Positions 10,987 to 20,794 of a stretch of DNA of 64,000 bases are shown here, in pieces. The notes beneath the pieces are model-generated. The model ran no database searches, had not been told where the DNA came from, and saw nothing but the letters and a program-made list of their open reading frames with translations. Origin of the DNA: Calditrichia bacterium. Its GTDB lineage: Bacteria; Calditrichota; Calditrichia; JAJRVZ01. The first letter of the stretch is position 1, and the number at the start of each line of letters is the position of its first letter. Made by a program: the position numbers and the translations under genes. The stretch is taken from the NCBI GenBank assembly GCA_963796965.1, contig CAWCNS010000005.1, positions 832,001-896,000 on the forward strand. Direction: 5' to 3'.

Positions 10987-12084
10987 ATGACAGAAAAAGC
11001 AATCGGCATATTACAACGTCTACCCAAAGGGAGCGGATTTTTGAGAGATCCTTCCCTGTCTTATCAACCTGGATCAGAGGATGTTTGGGTCTCTCCTAAA
11101 TATTTCTCTGAACACAGACTCGTGGAGGGTGTGGAGGTTCAAGGTAAGGCAGAAAGGGGTAAAAAAGGATTTCAACTCATTAGTGTAGATAAGATTGGCG
11201 GATTATCACCAAAAGAATATAAAAATCGAACACCTTTTGACCGGCTCCTTGCTGTTAATCCCAGTGACCGATTTCACCTGGGAGAAGGAGGTGATAAAGC
11301 CATGCGTATTATTGATTTAATTGCCCCTATCGGCAAAGGAACCAGGGGCATGATCGTCTCACCGCCAAAAGCCGGAAAGACAACCATCCTGGAAAATATT
11401 GCCCACGCCATTAATGACATCGAACCGGATACCAGAGTGATCGTATTGTTAATAGATGAGAGGCCGGAAGAAGTTACCCACTTCAGACGTAATGTTCAGG
11501 CAGAAGTTTTGGCCAGTTCAAGTGATCATAGTATCGAGACACATGTAAAACTTGCTGAATTAACGCTATCTCATGTGCGCTGTGAGTTAGAATGTGGCAG
11601 GGATATCGTTGTTCTTGTTGACAGTCTCACACGGCTTGCACGTGCTTTTAATTTACATAATCCAGGCTCTAACAGAACGATGTCAGGGGGGTTGGATGCC
11701 CGGGCAATGGAAATTCCCCGCCGGTTCTTTGGGATGGCCCGTAATATAGAGGACGGTGGTTCAGTTACAGTCATTGCCACAGCGCAGGTTGACACGGGTT
11801 CACGAATGGATGATTTTATCTTTGAGGAGTTTAAAGGTACTGGTAATAGCGAAATCGTTCTGGATCGATCTATTGCTGAGGCAAGAATCTTTCCCGCCAT
11901 CAACATCTTAGCCAGTGGAACAAGAAGAGAGGAACTTCTTTTTAATGAAGATGAGATAGACAAAATTGCGCTTTTACGTAGAGGTTTGGCGGGTATGGAT
12001 CCGAGAGAAGCAATGAAAGGCATGCTTAAGCTGATAAACAAAACATCAAACAACACAGAATTACTTCAAAATTTTACTTATTAG
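10987..12084 (+). CDS. rho: Transcription termination factor Rho, short form lacking the N-terminal helical domain
   Basis: GILQRLPKGSGFLR (OB fold), PIGKGTRG, PPKAGKTT, LLIDERPEEVT, DSLTRLARA, FEEFKGTGN and SGTRREELL. Confidence 0.9.
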   Translation: MTEKAIGILQRLPKGSGFLRDPSLSYQPGSEDVWVSPKYFSEHRLVEGVEVQGKAERGKKGFQLISVDKIGGLSPKEYKNRTPFDRLLAVNPSDRFHLGEGGDKAMRIIDLIAPIGKGTRGMIVSPPKAGKTTILENIAHAINDIEPDTRVIVLLIDERPEEVTHFRRNVQAEVLASSSDHSIETHVKLAELTLSHVRCELECGRDIVVLVDSLTRLARAFNLHNPGSNRTMSGGLDARAMEIPRRFFGMARNIEDGGSVTVIATAQVDTGSRMDDFIFEEFKGTGNSEIVLDRSIAEARIFPAINILASGTRREELLFNEDEIDKIALLRRGLAGMDPREAMKGMLKLINKTSNNTELLQNFTY

Positions 12085-12530
12085 TACATTTTTTTTTCAA
12101 ATTTTAAAGGCAGTTCTTCTTCAAAACACCATCCCCAATATTCATTTTTTTCAAATGACTGCATCAGGGTATGACCTGTTTTCTTATAATGGTCTGAAGC
12201 ATGCTTGTTTTTAGAAGATTCACAGCAACCCACATGACCACATTCCATACAAATGCGCAAGTGTCCCAATCTTACTAATTAGTAAAATTTTCCGACGACC
12301 AAATTTATCTGACCATCTTCCTAAAACAGGTGCACCTATGAGTTGAAACACAGAATAGGTAGCCCCCATAATTCCATAAATAAAAGCATTACCCCCAAAT
12401 CGCGTCACTAGAAAAATTAAAAATGGTAATACAATGCTAAAACCTAACGTTCCGACAAAATTTATGGAGAGGATCGGATATAATGAGATTGGAGTTGATG
12501 TAGTTCTATTTGTGATATCAATTTTTCCTG
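12081..12530 (-). pseudogene. Chimeric remnant: N-terminus of a TetA-like MFS transporter joined out of frame to the C-terminus of a UBP-type zinc-finger protein
   Basis: LYPILSINFVGTLGFSIVLPFL...GRWSDKFGRRKILL (MFS motif A), then HLRICMECGHVGCCESSKNKHASDH...WGWCF in another frame. Confidence 0.7.
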
Positions 12531-12813
12531 GTTTAATACTGATTTATAATAAAAACGCATTTGAAGTTAGGGTATTCCCTTCCAATGGCTGAAATAGTTT
12601 TCTTTTTTTCGCGTAAATAGGTGGGTGTAAAAAGTTAAAAATAGAAATTAGCCTCTAAAGATCATGATTCTTGCATTCCGGTAGGATTTCAGGAGGAAAA
12701 CAATCTTTCGGGATTATCCCGTTTACTTTTAATAAGCCGTCATTTTTTTTAAATGAATAAAATAAATGCCTATATTAGTACAAAGAAAATACAATATTTG
12801 ATTGGGAGGACAT

Positions 12814-13149
12814 ATGGGGGAAAAAGGCGCGCGTTTAACCGATCAGGCGAACAAGTCATGGATGCACATAGTGCAATCATTATCTGATTTGGAAAACATA
12901 TCCAGCAGAAAAATGTTTGGCGGTTTTGGTATATTCAAAGATAAAACGATGTTTGGATTAGTGAATTCTAATGGAGTTTTATTTTTTAAAGCTGATAATT
13001 CTACAATACCAAAATTTGAGAAAGAGGGATCTTCGAAGCACGGAAGAATGCCATATTATGAGGTTCCTGATAAAATTTCACAAGATAAAAATAAACTTCT
13101 GGAGTGGGCCAGCGAAGCCATCTCAATAGCTGAAGCCGGCAAGAAATAG
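12814..13149 (+). CDS. TfoX/Sxy N-terminal-domain protein
   Basis: RKMFGGFGIF, LFFKAD, MPYYEVP and LLEWA; GGAGG RBS. Confidence 0.85.
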   Translation: MGEKGARLTDQANKSWMHIVQSLSDLENISSRKMFGGFGIFKDKTMFGLVNSNGVLFFKADNSTIPKFEKEGSSKHGRMPYYEVPDKISQDKNKLLEWASEAISIAEAGKK

Positions 13150-13208
13150 TCTATTCTGTTCTCATTATATATATGTATCAGGAAAATTGAAAGGTAAAAA
13201 ATTATTTG

Positions 13209-13278
13209 TGTCATCCCGAAGGGATCTTTCAGCATGAAGACATCCAAGTTCGTGTTAGAAGACTCTTTCAGAGTGACA
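13209..13278. repeat. GTCAY...RTGAC intergenic hairpin element (copy 2)
   Basis: TGTCATCCCGAAGGGATCTT pairs with AAGACTCTTTCAGAGTGACA. Confidence 0.6.
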
Positions 13279-13338
13279 GAAGTAATTTAATAGGATTATT
13301 AATAAACTTGAATTAGTCACCACCAAATTTCTCTTGTA

Positions 13339-15126
13339 TTGAAAAAGTTAAATTATATTCTACTACTTGGAATAGTTCTTATATTTCCCTTGTATGGACA
13401 AATCCTCCCTCCCGAACTCTCCTGGGATGGAAAAAGTCAACGATTTATACGTCCAAAATCTGATCAATGGGTAACACCCGCCGAGCGAAGTGATTTTAAA
13501 TTAAGTCCGGAATATAATAGCACAATCAGCTGGTTAAAGATGCTGGTCAATCACTCACCTTATCTGACCATGCATAAAATCGGTAAGACATATCAGAATC
13601 GGGACCTGTGGATGGTTATTGCTTCAAAGGAGAGTGTCAATTCCTCATCGGCCTTAAAGAAAAACAACAGGCCTACCCTCCTTTTTCATGCTGGGATTCA
13701 CTCAGGAGAGATAGACGGCAAAGATGCCGGTATGATGTTTTTACGGGATGTTGTGCAGGGGAGATCAGGCCTGCTGGATAGTATCAATATTCTCTTTATC
13801 CCCGTTCTTAATCCTGATGGCCATGAGCGTTCTTCTGTTTACAACAGGGTCAATCAACGCGGGCCCCAAGAAATGGGATGGCGAACAAATGCCAGAAACC
13901 TAAATCTGAACAGAGATTTTACAAAAGCAGAAACACCTGAAATGAGGGCTCTGATACAAGTCTTTAAAGAATGGCCCGTCGACCTTTATCTTGATATTCA
14001 TGTCACAGATGGAATTGACTATCAATACGATATAACATTTGGCTTCAATTACTGGAATAGTTATTCTCCGAATATCAGCCAATGGATGCAAAAAGTATTA
14101 CGTCCTTTCGTGAATAGAGAATTATCCAAAGAAGGTCATATTCCCGGCCCTCTCATTTTTGCCAAAAATAATAAAAATCCAAAAGAAGGGATTGTTGCCT
14201 GGTCAGCCTCCCCCCGCTATTCTAATGGCTATGGAGACGCACGACATTTACCAACTATTCTCGTTGAAAACCATTCACTTAAAAACTTCAGGCAAAGAGT
14301 ATTAGGAACCTATGTATTTCTGGATGCAGTCAGCAGACTACTTGCCCATAAAGGAAAAGAGTTACAGGCGCAAACCACCAAAGATTTAATGCTCCGCCCC
14401 AATAAAATAGCCATTGGAACGGATTGGAAAGTCAGTAAATTATCTCCAGACTCTATCACCTTTCTCGGGATTGATTATCAAGAATATCAATCATCTATTA
14501 CCGGGACAAATGAAATAGAATGGCTGGGGAGAACCAGCAAATATAGATTACCAGTTTATATTATCTTTCCAAAGTATCAAATTAAATCCCCGACAGCTTA
14601 CTGGATCCCGTCTTCGAGAAATGATATAATTGAAAAGCTTGATCTTCATGGTATTGAAATGACAATTATTGAGGAATCCATAGATATAGAAGTCGAACTC
14701 CAAAAAATTGTTGGCCATACATTAGCTAAAGAAACGTATGAAGGAAGGGTTCAGATTACTATCGATTCGTTGGTGAACGAGATACATGTGCAGCAATATC
14801 CTTCCGGCTCTGCTCGCGTTTCGACAGATCAACCTCTGGGGATCCTTGCCATGTTATTGTTAGAACCCTACAGCAACGATTCATTTCTTCAATGGGGTTA
14901 TTTTCATGAGATCTTTCAGCGTACGGAATATGTAGAAAGTTATGCTTTGGTACCTCTAGCGGAGCAAATGTTAAACCAAAATCCCCCCCTTCGCAAGGAA
15001 TTTAATATAGCCTTAAGGGATACTTCCTTCGCCAATGATCCAGTTGCACGAATACAATGGTTTTATCAACGCAGTCCTTATTACGACAAGGAATATTTAA
15101 TCTATCCCGTCGGACGGGAGAATTAA
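13339..15126 (+). CDS. Secreted M14 zinc carboxypeptidase
   Basis: Signal peptide; GIHSGE, NPDGHE, NLNRDF, DIHVTDG and LVENH. Confidence 0.88.
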   Translation: MKKLNYILLLGIVLIFPLYGQILPPELSWDGKSQRFIRPKSDQWVTPAERSDFKLSPEYNSTISWLKMLVNHSPYLTMHKIGKTYQNRDLWMVIASKESVNSSSALKKNNRPTLLFHAGIHSGEIDGKDAGMMFLRDVVQGRSGLLDSINILFIPVLNPDGHERSSVYNRVNQRGPQEMGWRTNARNLNLNRDFTKAETPEMRALIQVFKEWPVDLYLDIHVTDGIDYQYDITFGFNYWNSYSPNISQWMQKVLRPFVNRELSKEGHIPGPLIFAKNNKNPKEGIVAWSASPRYSNGYGDARHLPTILVENHSLKNFRQRVLGTYVFLDAVSRLLAHKGKELQAQTTKDLMLRPNKIAIGTDWKVSKLSPDSITFLGIDYQEYQSSITGTNEIEWLGRTSKYRLPVYIIFPKYQIKSPTAYWIPSSRNDIIEKLDLHGIEMTIIEESIDIEVELQKIVGHTLAKETYEGRVQITIDSLVNEIHVQQYPSGSARVSTDQPLGILAMLLLEPYSNDSFLQWGYFHEIFQRTEYVESYALVPLAEQMLNQNPPLRKEFNIALRDTSFANDPVARIQWFYQRSPYYDKEYLIYPVGREN

Positions 15127-15127
15127 T

Positions 15128-15454
15128 TTGAATAATTCGAGGAATCAACCCAGTAAAGATTGCTATGCTGTAATATTTTCATCCCAACGAACGAGGGATA
15201 AAAGCGGATATGAAGAGATTTCTGAGAGAATGGCGGATTTAGCAGCAAAACAGCCAGGATTTATAGACTTCGAATCTGTGCGTGACGATATTGGTTCAGG
15301 CATTACAATTTCCTACTGAGAGGATAAAAAATCGATTGAATCATGGAAAACCAACGTTGAGCACCTCGCTGCACAAAAGACCGGTAGAGAAAAATGGTAT
15401 CTTAATTATAAGGTCCGCATCTCAAAAATTGAACGATCATATGAGTTTAAATAA
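15128..15454 (+). CDS. Antibiotic biosynthesis monooxygenase (ABM) family protein with an in-frame TGA at a conserved Trp position
   Basis: YAVIFSS, QPGF, GITISY[TGA 15317-15319]EDKKSIESWK...EHLAAQKTGREKWY...KIERSY, all in one frame up to TAA 15454. Confidence 0.75.
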
Positions 15455-15482
15455 AGATGCTAATTGAATATAAGGAAGCATT

Positions 15483-16067
15483 ATGCAATTAAAACTTATT
15501 TCTGTTTCGATCCTTTGTTCCTCATTTATCCTGCTGTTATCAACGTCAGTGAAGGCAGGTGATGAACGAAACTTAAAAGTAGGTGATCCCGCCCCGTCTT
15601 TTATTGCCAATGACCAGAATGGTGATTTATGGAAATCCAGCGACCATTTAGGTAAGAGTAAATTAATAGTCTATTTTTATCCCATCGCAATGACTGGCGG
15701 TTGAACTAAACAAGCCTGTTCCTACAGGGACCGTCAGCAAGTTCTGCTGGAAGAAAATGCGACTATAATTGCCATTAGTGGTGATGCCGTTTCAACACTT
15801 AAAATCTTCGAAGAAACCAATAAGTTAAATTTCACCCTACTGTCTGATATCACATCCGAAATTGCACAAAAGTTTGGTGTACCAATAAAAGCTGGTGGAT
15901 CAATAACAAAAGAGATTAATGGAAAAAAAGTCATCCTCCATCGCGCATACACACCAACACGATGGACCTTTATCATAGATGAAGATGGTATCATTACCAG
16001 AATCGATACAGAAGCCAAGGCCAGTGAAGATGGGCAGAATGTTTTAAACTTTTTACAGAATCAATAA
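15483..16067 (+). CDS. Secreted peroxiredoxin (BCP/PrxQ-like), probable selenoprotein
   Basis: Signal peptide, LKVGDPAPSF, YFYPIAMTGG[TGA]TKQAC. The frame stays open for 120 more codons (FTLLSD, RWTFIIDEDG) to TAA 16067. Confidence 0.88.
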
Positions 16068-16257
16068 CAAATGGAGATACGGGATGATAGATGTAGGATT
16101 GGGAACATTGAATATTGTAACTGGGAATTTACTAAATCATGAATGATTTAGTCCCGATTAGTCGATTTTCGAAGACCACGTTCTACAGGGGAGGACGAAA
16201 TCTTTTGTCGGGAAATTGTCATTTGGATTTAGACATTTGTCATTTTGGGGAGGCTCT

Positions 16258-17553
16258 ATGTACAAAACTAAAAATTTAAATCTGTTAGCCTATCTTTCCA
16301 TATTAGGTATGTCAGTCTGTATAATCTCTTGTCATGAAAGTCAAAAAAATCTACACCCGAACATTCTTTTCATCATGGCGGATGACATGGGTGTTGAAGT
16401 ATTAGGGAGCTATGGTGGTAAATCCTACACCACACCAAATTTAGACAAGTTGGCAGAAACGGGTACGCGATTTACCAATTGCCATAGTACACCTGCCTGC
16501 TCACCTACGAGAGTAAAACTCTTAACCGGTCGCTATGGATTCCGCACAACGCAAGTATGGGGATATATTCCAGAAAATGAAGTTACATTTGGGCATATTT
16601 TATCTGATGCCGGATACAAGGTTGCCATTGCCGGCAAATGGCAAATGGCCCTACTCAAAGATGATCCAAACCATATTGCCAAAATGGGTTTTCCGGAGAG
16701 TGCAGTATTCGGCTGGCATGAAGGACCCCGGTATTATAAACCTCTCATTTATCAAAATGGTCAAATAAAAAAAGATGTTGCCGCGCAATATGGACCGGAT
16801 GTATATAGCGATTTTTTGATCGATTTTATCAAGACAAATAAAAATTCACCTTTTTTTGCCTACTACTCCATGGCACTTGCTCATGATGTCAGCGACGATT
16901 TCACACCTCCACCACCTTTTGGACCCCACGGTCGATATGACACGTATAAAGAACAAGTTGAATATTTGGACAAAATGGTCGGCAAAATGGTTAAAGCACT
17001 AGAAGATTTAGGATTACGGGAGAATACCCTTATTTTATTTACTGCGGATAATGGTACCCCCTATCGCTTTATTACCAATTATGAGAATGGTAAATTTATA
17101 AGAGAAAATATATTTTCAGAAATCGCTGACACCTTGATTCAGGGAGGAAAAACGTCAACCACTGATGGGGGTACACACGTTCCTTTAATCACTAATTGGC
17201 CAGGTAAAGTCGCAGAAAGAGAAACGAATAACGATTTGATTGATTTCTCTGATTTTTTTCCTACATTTGCAGAACTAACGGGCGCGGTACTTCCCAAAGA
17301 TGTAATTATTGACGGCATCAGTTTTGCCCCTCAAGTATTTGGTAAAAAAGGAAAACCCAGGGAATGGTTGTATACCCTCTTTAAAGATCAGGACTGGGTA
17401 AGAACCAAAGAGTGGAAACTCTATCGTGATGGCCGGATGTATGATCTAAATGCCGATCCATATGAATTACATCCGATCGAGATCAAGAATGCATCCGAAT
17501 CTACACAAGAAATAGGACAATTTCTTGCCAAGATCATGGCAGATCTAAGATAG
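16258..17553 (+). CDS. Sulfatase (formylglycine-dependent), probable lipoprotein
   Basis: PNILFIMADD, CSPTRVKLLTGRY, GKWQ and FTADNG. Confidence 0.9.
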   Translation: MYKTKNLNLLAYLSILGMSVCIISCHESQKNLHPNILFIMADDMGVEVLGSYGGKSYTTPNLDKLAETGTRFTNCHSTPACSPTRVKLLTGRYGFRTTQVWGYIPENEVTFGHILSDAGYKVAIAGKWQMALLKDDPNHIAKMGFPESAVFGWHEGPRYYKPLIYQNGQIKKDVAAQYGPDVYSDFLIDFIKTNKNSPFFAYYSMALAHDVSDDFTPPPPFGPHGRYDTYKEQVEYLDKMVGKMVKALEDLGLRENTLILFTADNGTPYRFITNYENGKFIRENIFSEIADTLIQGGKTSTTDGGTHVPLITNWPGKVAERETNNDLIDFSDFFPTFAELTGAVLPKDVIIDGISFAPQVFGKKGKPREWLYTLFKDQDWVRTKEWKLYRDGRMYDLNADPYELHPIEIKNASESTQEIGQFLAKIMADLR

Positions 17554-17702
17554 AATCCTCTCATGAAATCGCTGAGAGTCCACGAATTCTCGAAAATTTC
17601 TACAAATTTTGCGAATTATTTTTAGAGATTTATGACAGGACACTTGTAATTGGTAATTAATTTATAATTCTAAACTAACCATTCATAATTGCTTTTAAGA
17701 CT

Positions 17703-18140
17703 ATGGACGAAAATTACAATATTCGAAATGTTAACAAGAATGATGCAGCAGGTATTTTAGAGATTGCATTAGAATTAGGCTATCCGGCTTCCAACAAAAC
17801 CGTCAATGATCTTGTTAAACTTGTTATTGAGAACAATGATCATCAAATAATCTTAGCAGAGGAAGATGTTAAGTTATTGGGATATATTCATTTACATTCG
17901 GTAAAAACTGAGAGCAATCAAAAAACCGAGGTTTCCGGCATACTTATTCCTGATTCACATCGAAAAAAAGGATTAGGAAGTAGATTCCTAAAAGAAGCTG
18001 AAAAGTGGACCAGGAGCAGAGATCACCAGGTTATCAGCATTCGGACGAATCTAATCCGTCCTGAAGCAATTCCCTTTTTTAAACATCACGGTTTTCGACT
18101 TGACGTCACACAAGATGCGTTCGTAAAGCAATTGGCATAA
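17703..18140 (+). CDS. GNAT acetyltransferase
   Basis: ELGYP, RKKGLGSRFL and AIPFFKHHGF. Confidence 0.8.
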   Translation: MDENYNIRNVNKNDAAGILEIALELGYPASNKTVNDLVKLVIENNDHQIILAEEDVKLLGYIHLHSVKTESNQKTEVSGILIPDSHRKKGLGSRFLKEAEKWTRSRDHQVISIRTNLIRPEAIPFFKHHGFRLDVTQDAFVKQLA

Positions 18141-18334
18141 AAAACAGAGGTTGGTACATTTTTTTCCGCGATGTTCACCAATTAATCCTCCAAAATGGCA
18201 ATCCTTTGAAGGGCTCTATCGAATTTTCATATATGAACAAATCTATTCTAATTATTTAAATATTAAAATTCGTGTAATTCGTGGATATTTTTTAAGAATA
18301 TCCCTCATACGATACAATAACAATCAGGGAAGAT

Positions 18335-19339
18335 ATGAACAGTAGAGAAAGAATTCAAAAAATCATCAATGGCGAAAAAGCGGATCGCTGTGGCCTTTGG
18401 TTGGGCAACCCACACCCGGACACCTGGCCAATTCTTCATGAATATTTTAATACAAATAGTGAAGAAGACCTAAAAATAAAGTTGCACGACGATATCCGCT
18501 GGATTATGGGTGGCAGGTATATACATCCACAAGGAAAACCCATATTCGAATTTCAGCGGCAGAATTCCTCACATGGGGCAGCCGGTTATTTTGCAGAATG
18601 TGTAGATATACAGCAAGTTGAAGAATATGACTGGCCAAATCCTGATTATCTTGATTTTAGCGACACCTTGAGCCAATTAGAAAACACGGGTGATTTTTAT
18701 CGGGCCAGTGGATTCTGGTCCCCTTTCTTTCATGAAATGATGGATTTCTTTGGAATGGATAACTATTTTATAAAAATGTATACCAATCCTGAAGTCATTC
18801 ATTCTGTTACCCAACATATTGTTGATTTTTATCTTGAAGCTAATCGTAGATTTTTTGAAGCAGCGGGATCACTTATCGATGGTTTCTTTTTTGGTAATGA
18901 CTTTGGGACACAGCTCAATCTTTTTGTTGAGCCGGAATTGTTTCACGATTTTATTTTCCCCTATTTTCGTCAGCTTACTGACCTTGGCCACCAATTTAGT
19001 TACCAGGTAATTTTACATTCTTGTGGTGCTATCCATAAAGTCATTCCAGATTTGATAGATCTTGGTGTTGAAGCGCTTCACCCGCTTCAAGCAAAGGCAT
19101 CAGATATGAATGCGGAGAAATTGGCTCAAGATTTTAAGGGAAAAATCGCTTTTATCGGTGGAATTGACACACAGGAGTTGTTGGTTAACGGCACACCGGA
19201 AGAAATTAAAAAAGATGTCAGAAGGGTTATCAATTTACTTGGTCCAAACCTGATTGTCAGTCCGAGCCATGAAGCAATTTTACCCAATATCCCTGCCCGG
19301 AATATTGAGGCAATGGCTCAAGAAGCACTTCGTATTTAA
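18335..19339 (+). CDS. Uroporphyrinogen decarboxylase / MtaA-CmuA methyltransferase family protein
   Basis: MNSRER start, GNDFGTQ, LHSCGAI, GGIDTQ and SPSHE. Confidence 0.8.
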   Translation: MNSRERIQKIINGEKADRCGLWLGNPHPDTWPILHEYFNTNSEEDLKIKLHDDIRWIMGGRYIHPQGKPIFEFQRQNSSHGAAGYFAECVDIQQVEEYDWPNPDYLDFSDTLSQLENTGDFYRASGFWSPFFHEMMDFFGMDNYFIKMYTNPEVIHSVTQHIVDFYLEANRRFFEAAGSLIDGFFFGNDFGTQLNLFVEPELFHDFIFPYFRQLTDLGHQFSYQVILHSCGAIHKVIPDLIDLGVEALHPLQAKASDMNAEKLAQDFKGKIAFIGGIDTQELLVNGTPEEIKKDVRRVINLLGPNLIVSPSHEAILPNIPARNIEAMAQEALRI

Positions 19340-19552
19340 GTTCAATTAATCTGTACAAATCCTCGAGGCTCTGCCTCGCGGTTTCCTATTTTTCCCTCTC
19401 CTTTAGGAAGGTGTTGGGGAGAGGTAAATAAATGAAATTCTGTTATTCGACATTTGTGTCGAAATAAAACTGGTAAAATACCACGATAGGCATCGGGGGT
19501 AGTCACTTTTATAGAATTTCTTTATTTCGACAAATTTTTGGTAAAGGCAATG

Positions 19553-19753
19553 TTACTTTGTCTTATATAGAGCGGCATCGAGGATTGACCATAAATGAAT
19601 AATCCAACCTAACAGAAAAAACCATAGTATACCTGCTAAAACAAAATGTATAATCGCCATTATTAATCTGCCTTGTAACAACTGACCCAATCCCGGAATA
19701 AAAAAGCTTGCCAGAGCGGCAATTACATTCCCAGTACTACCTTGTCCAGACAT
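19553..19753 (-). CDS. Small membrane protein (TM2-like)
   Basis: AALASFFIPGLGQL motif and hydrophobic helices; GAGG RBS. Confidence 0.7.
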   Translation of the reverse strand: MSGQGSTGNVIAALASFFIPGLGQLLQGRLIMAIIHFVLAGILWFFLLGWIIHLWSILDAALYKTK

Positions 19754-19920
19754 AATGCCTCACGGTTATTGACCTTAGACCAAGAATCATTAAATTAGTG
19801 ACCATAAATATATAACAGTATTTAATTATTTTCCAGAGAGTTTTTATGATTAAATCAACTTATATCCAAATAGCAGGCTCTTTTTTTAATTCTTATATTT
19901 CTTGCTTTTTCAAATACATT

Positions 19921-20145
19921 TGCCCAGAGCCAGATTCAATTAAAAGATTCTGAGGATTCAAAGCTTGGCCACGAATGCAAATCAAAGTGTTGCGTGTCTT
20001 AAATACTGACAAGTGAACATTATTATAGAGCGTATTTACGCACATACTGGATTACCTTAAAATAGCTTGAACCCAAAGCACCAGACAGGTAACTTATTCT
20101 TATTAAATAGAATCAATATGAGAAAACTGTCCTGGTCAATGGGCA
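19921..20145. ncRNA. Candidate structured RNA (four-way junction), family unknown
   Basis: Four nested or adjacent helices found by eye in the intergenic region before slyD (see findings). Confidence 0.35.
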
Positions 20146-20172
20146 GGAATTAAAAAAAGGAGATGGTAACAT

Positions 20173-20652
20173 ATGACGGTTATAAATAATAAGGTAGTTG
20201 AAATTCATTATGTTCTAAAGGATAAGGATGGAGAATTATTAGATAGTTCTGAGGGCCAGAAACCATTAGCCTATATCCATGGAATTGGTAATATCATTCC
20301 CGGGTTGGAGCAAAAACTTGAAGGAAAAAAAATAGGAGATAAGGTCAATGCCATCATTGCACCAGCCGATGGGTATGGCATACGTGAGGAAAAATTAGTC
20401 CATAAGATTCCAATGTCAAATTTCAAGGACAAAAGCCAGGTTAAATTAGATGCCCAATTCCGTGTTGAGATGGAAGACGGGCCACGCATTGCAACAATTA
20501 CCCAGATAGAGGAAGAAGAAGTAACTGTAGACATGAACCATCCCCTGGCTGGGGAAGAACTCCACTTTGATGTTGAGGTCATGACTATTCGTGATGCAAC
20601 GGAAGAAGAGATCTCCCATGGTCATGTGCATAATGGAGATCACCATCACTAA
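20173..20652 (+). CDS. slyD: FKBP-type peptidyl-prolyl isomerase SlyD
   Basis: YIHGIGNIIPGLE, DMNHPLAG and the His-rich tail HGHVHNGDHHH. Confidence 0.92.
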   Translation: MTVINNKVVEIHYVLKDKDGELLDSSEGQKPLAYIHGIGNIIPGLEQKLEGKKIGDKVNAIIAPADGYGIREEKLVHKIPMSNFKDKSQVKLDAQFRVEMEDGPRIATITQIEEEEVTVDMNHPLAGEELHFDVEVMTIRDATEEEISHGHVHNGDHHH

Positions 20653-20794
20653 TAATTTATTTCAATCTCTTTGTTATTGCCGCCAAAGATTTAAAGATAT
20701 ATATTCATAAGACTAATACATATATGAGTTAATCTGAATTTAAATAGTATAATAATAATTAGAAAAGATTGATAATGTGTTGTAAATAGGAGAT

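Noticed and set aside
15128..16067. Genome-wide UGA=Trp recoding suggested by two in-frame TGAs
   Set aside because: TGA ends many full-length genes at the expected position (e.g. 8129, 10678, 24073, 57911, 60928), Trp is otherwise TGG, and the second TGA aligns with Cys, not Trp.
19921..20145. Firm call as 6S RNA or a known riboswitch
   Set aside because: Extra P2/P4 arms, arm order and gene context do not fit the 6S RNAs I know, and no cobalamin, TPP, SAM or NiCo consensus is visible. Kept only as an unknown candidate.
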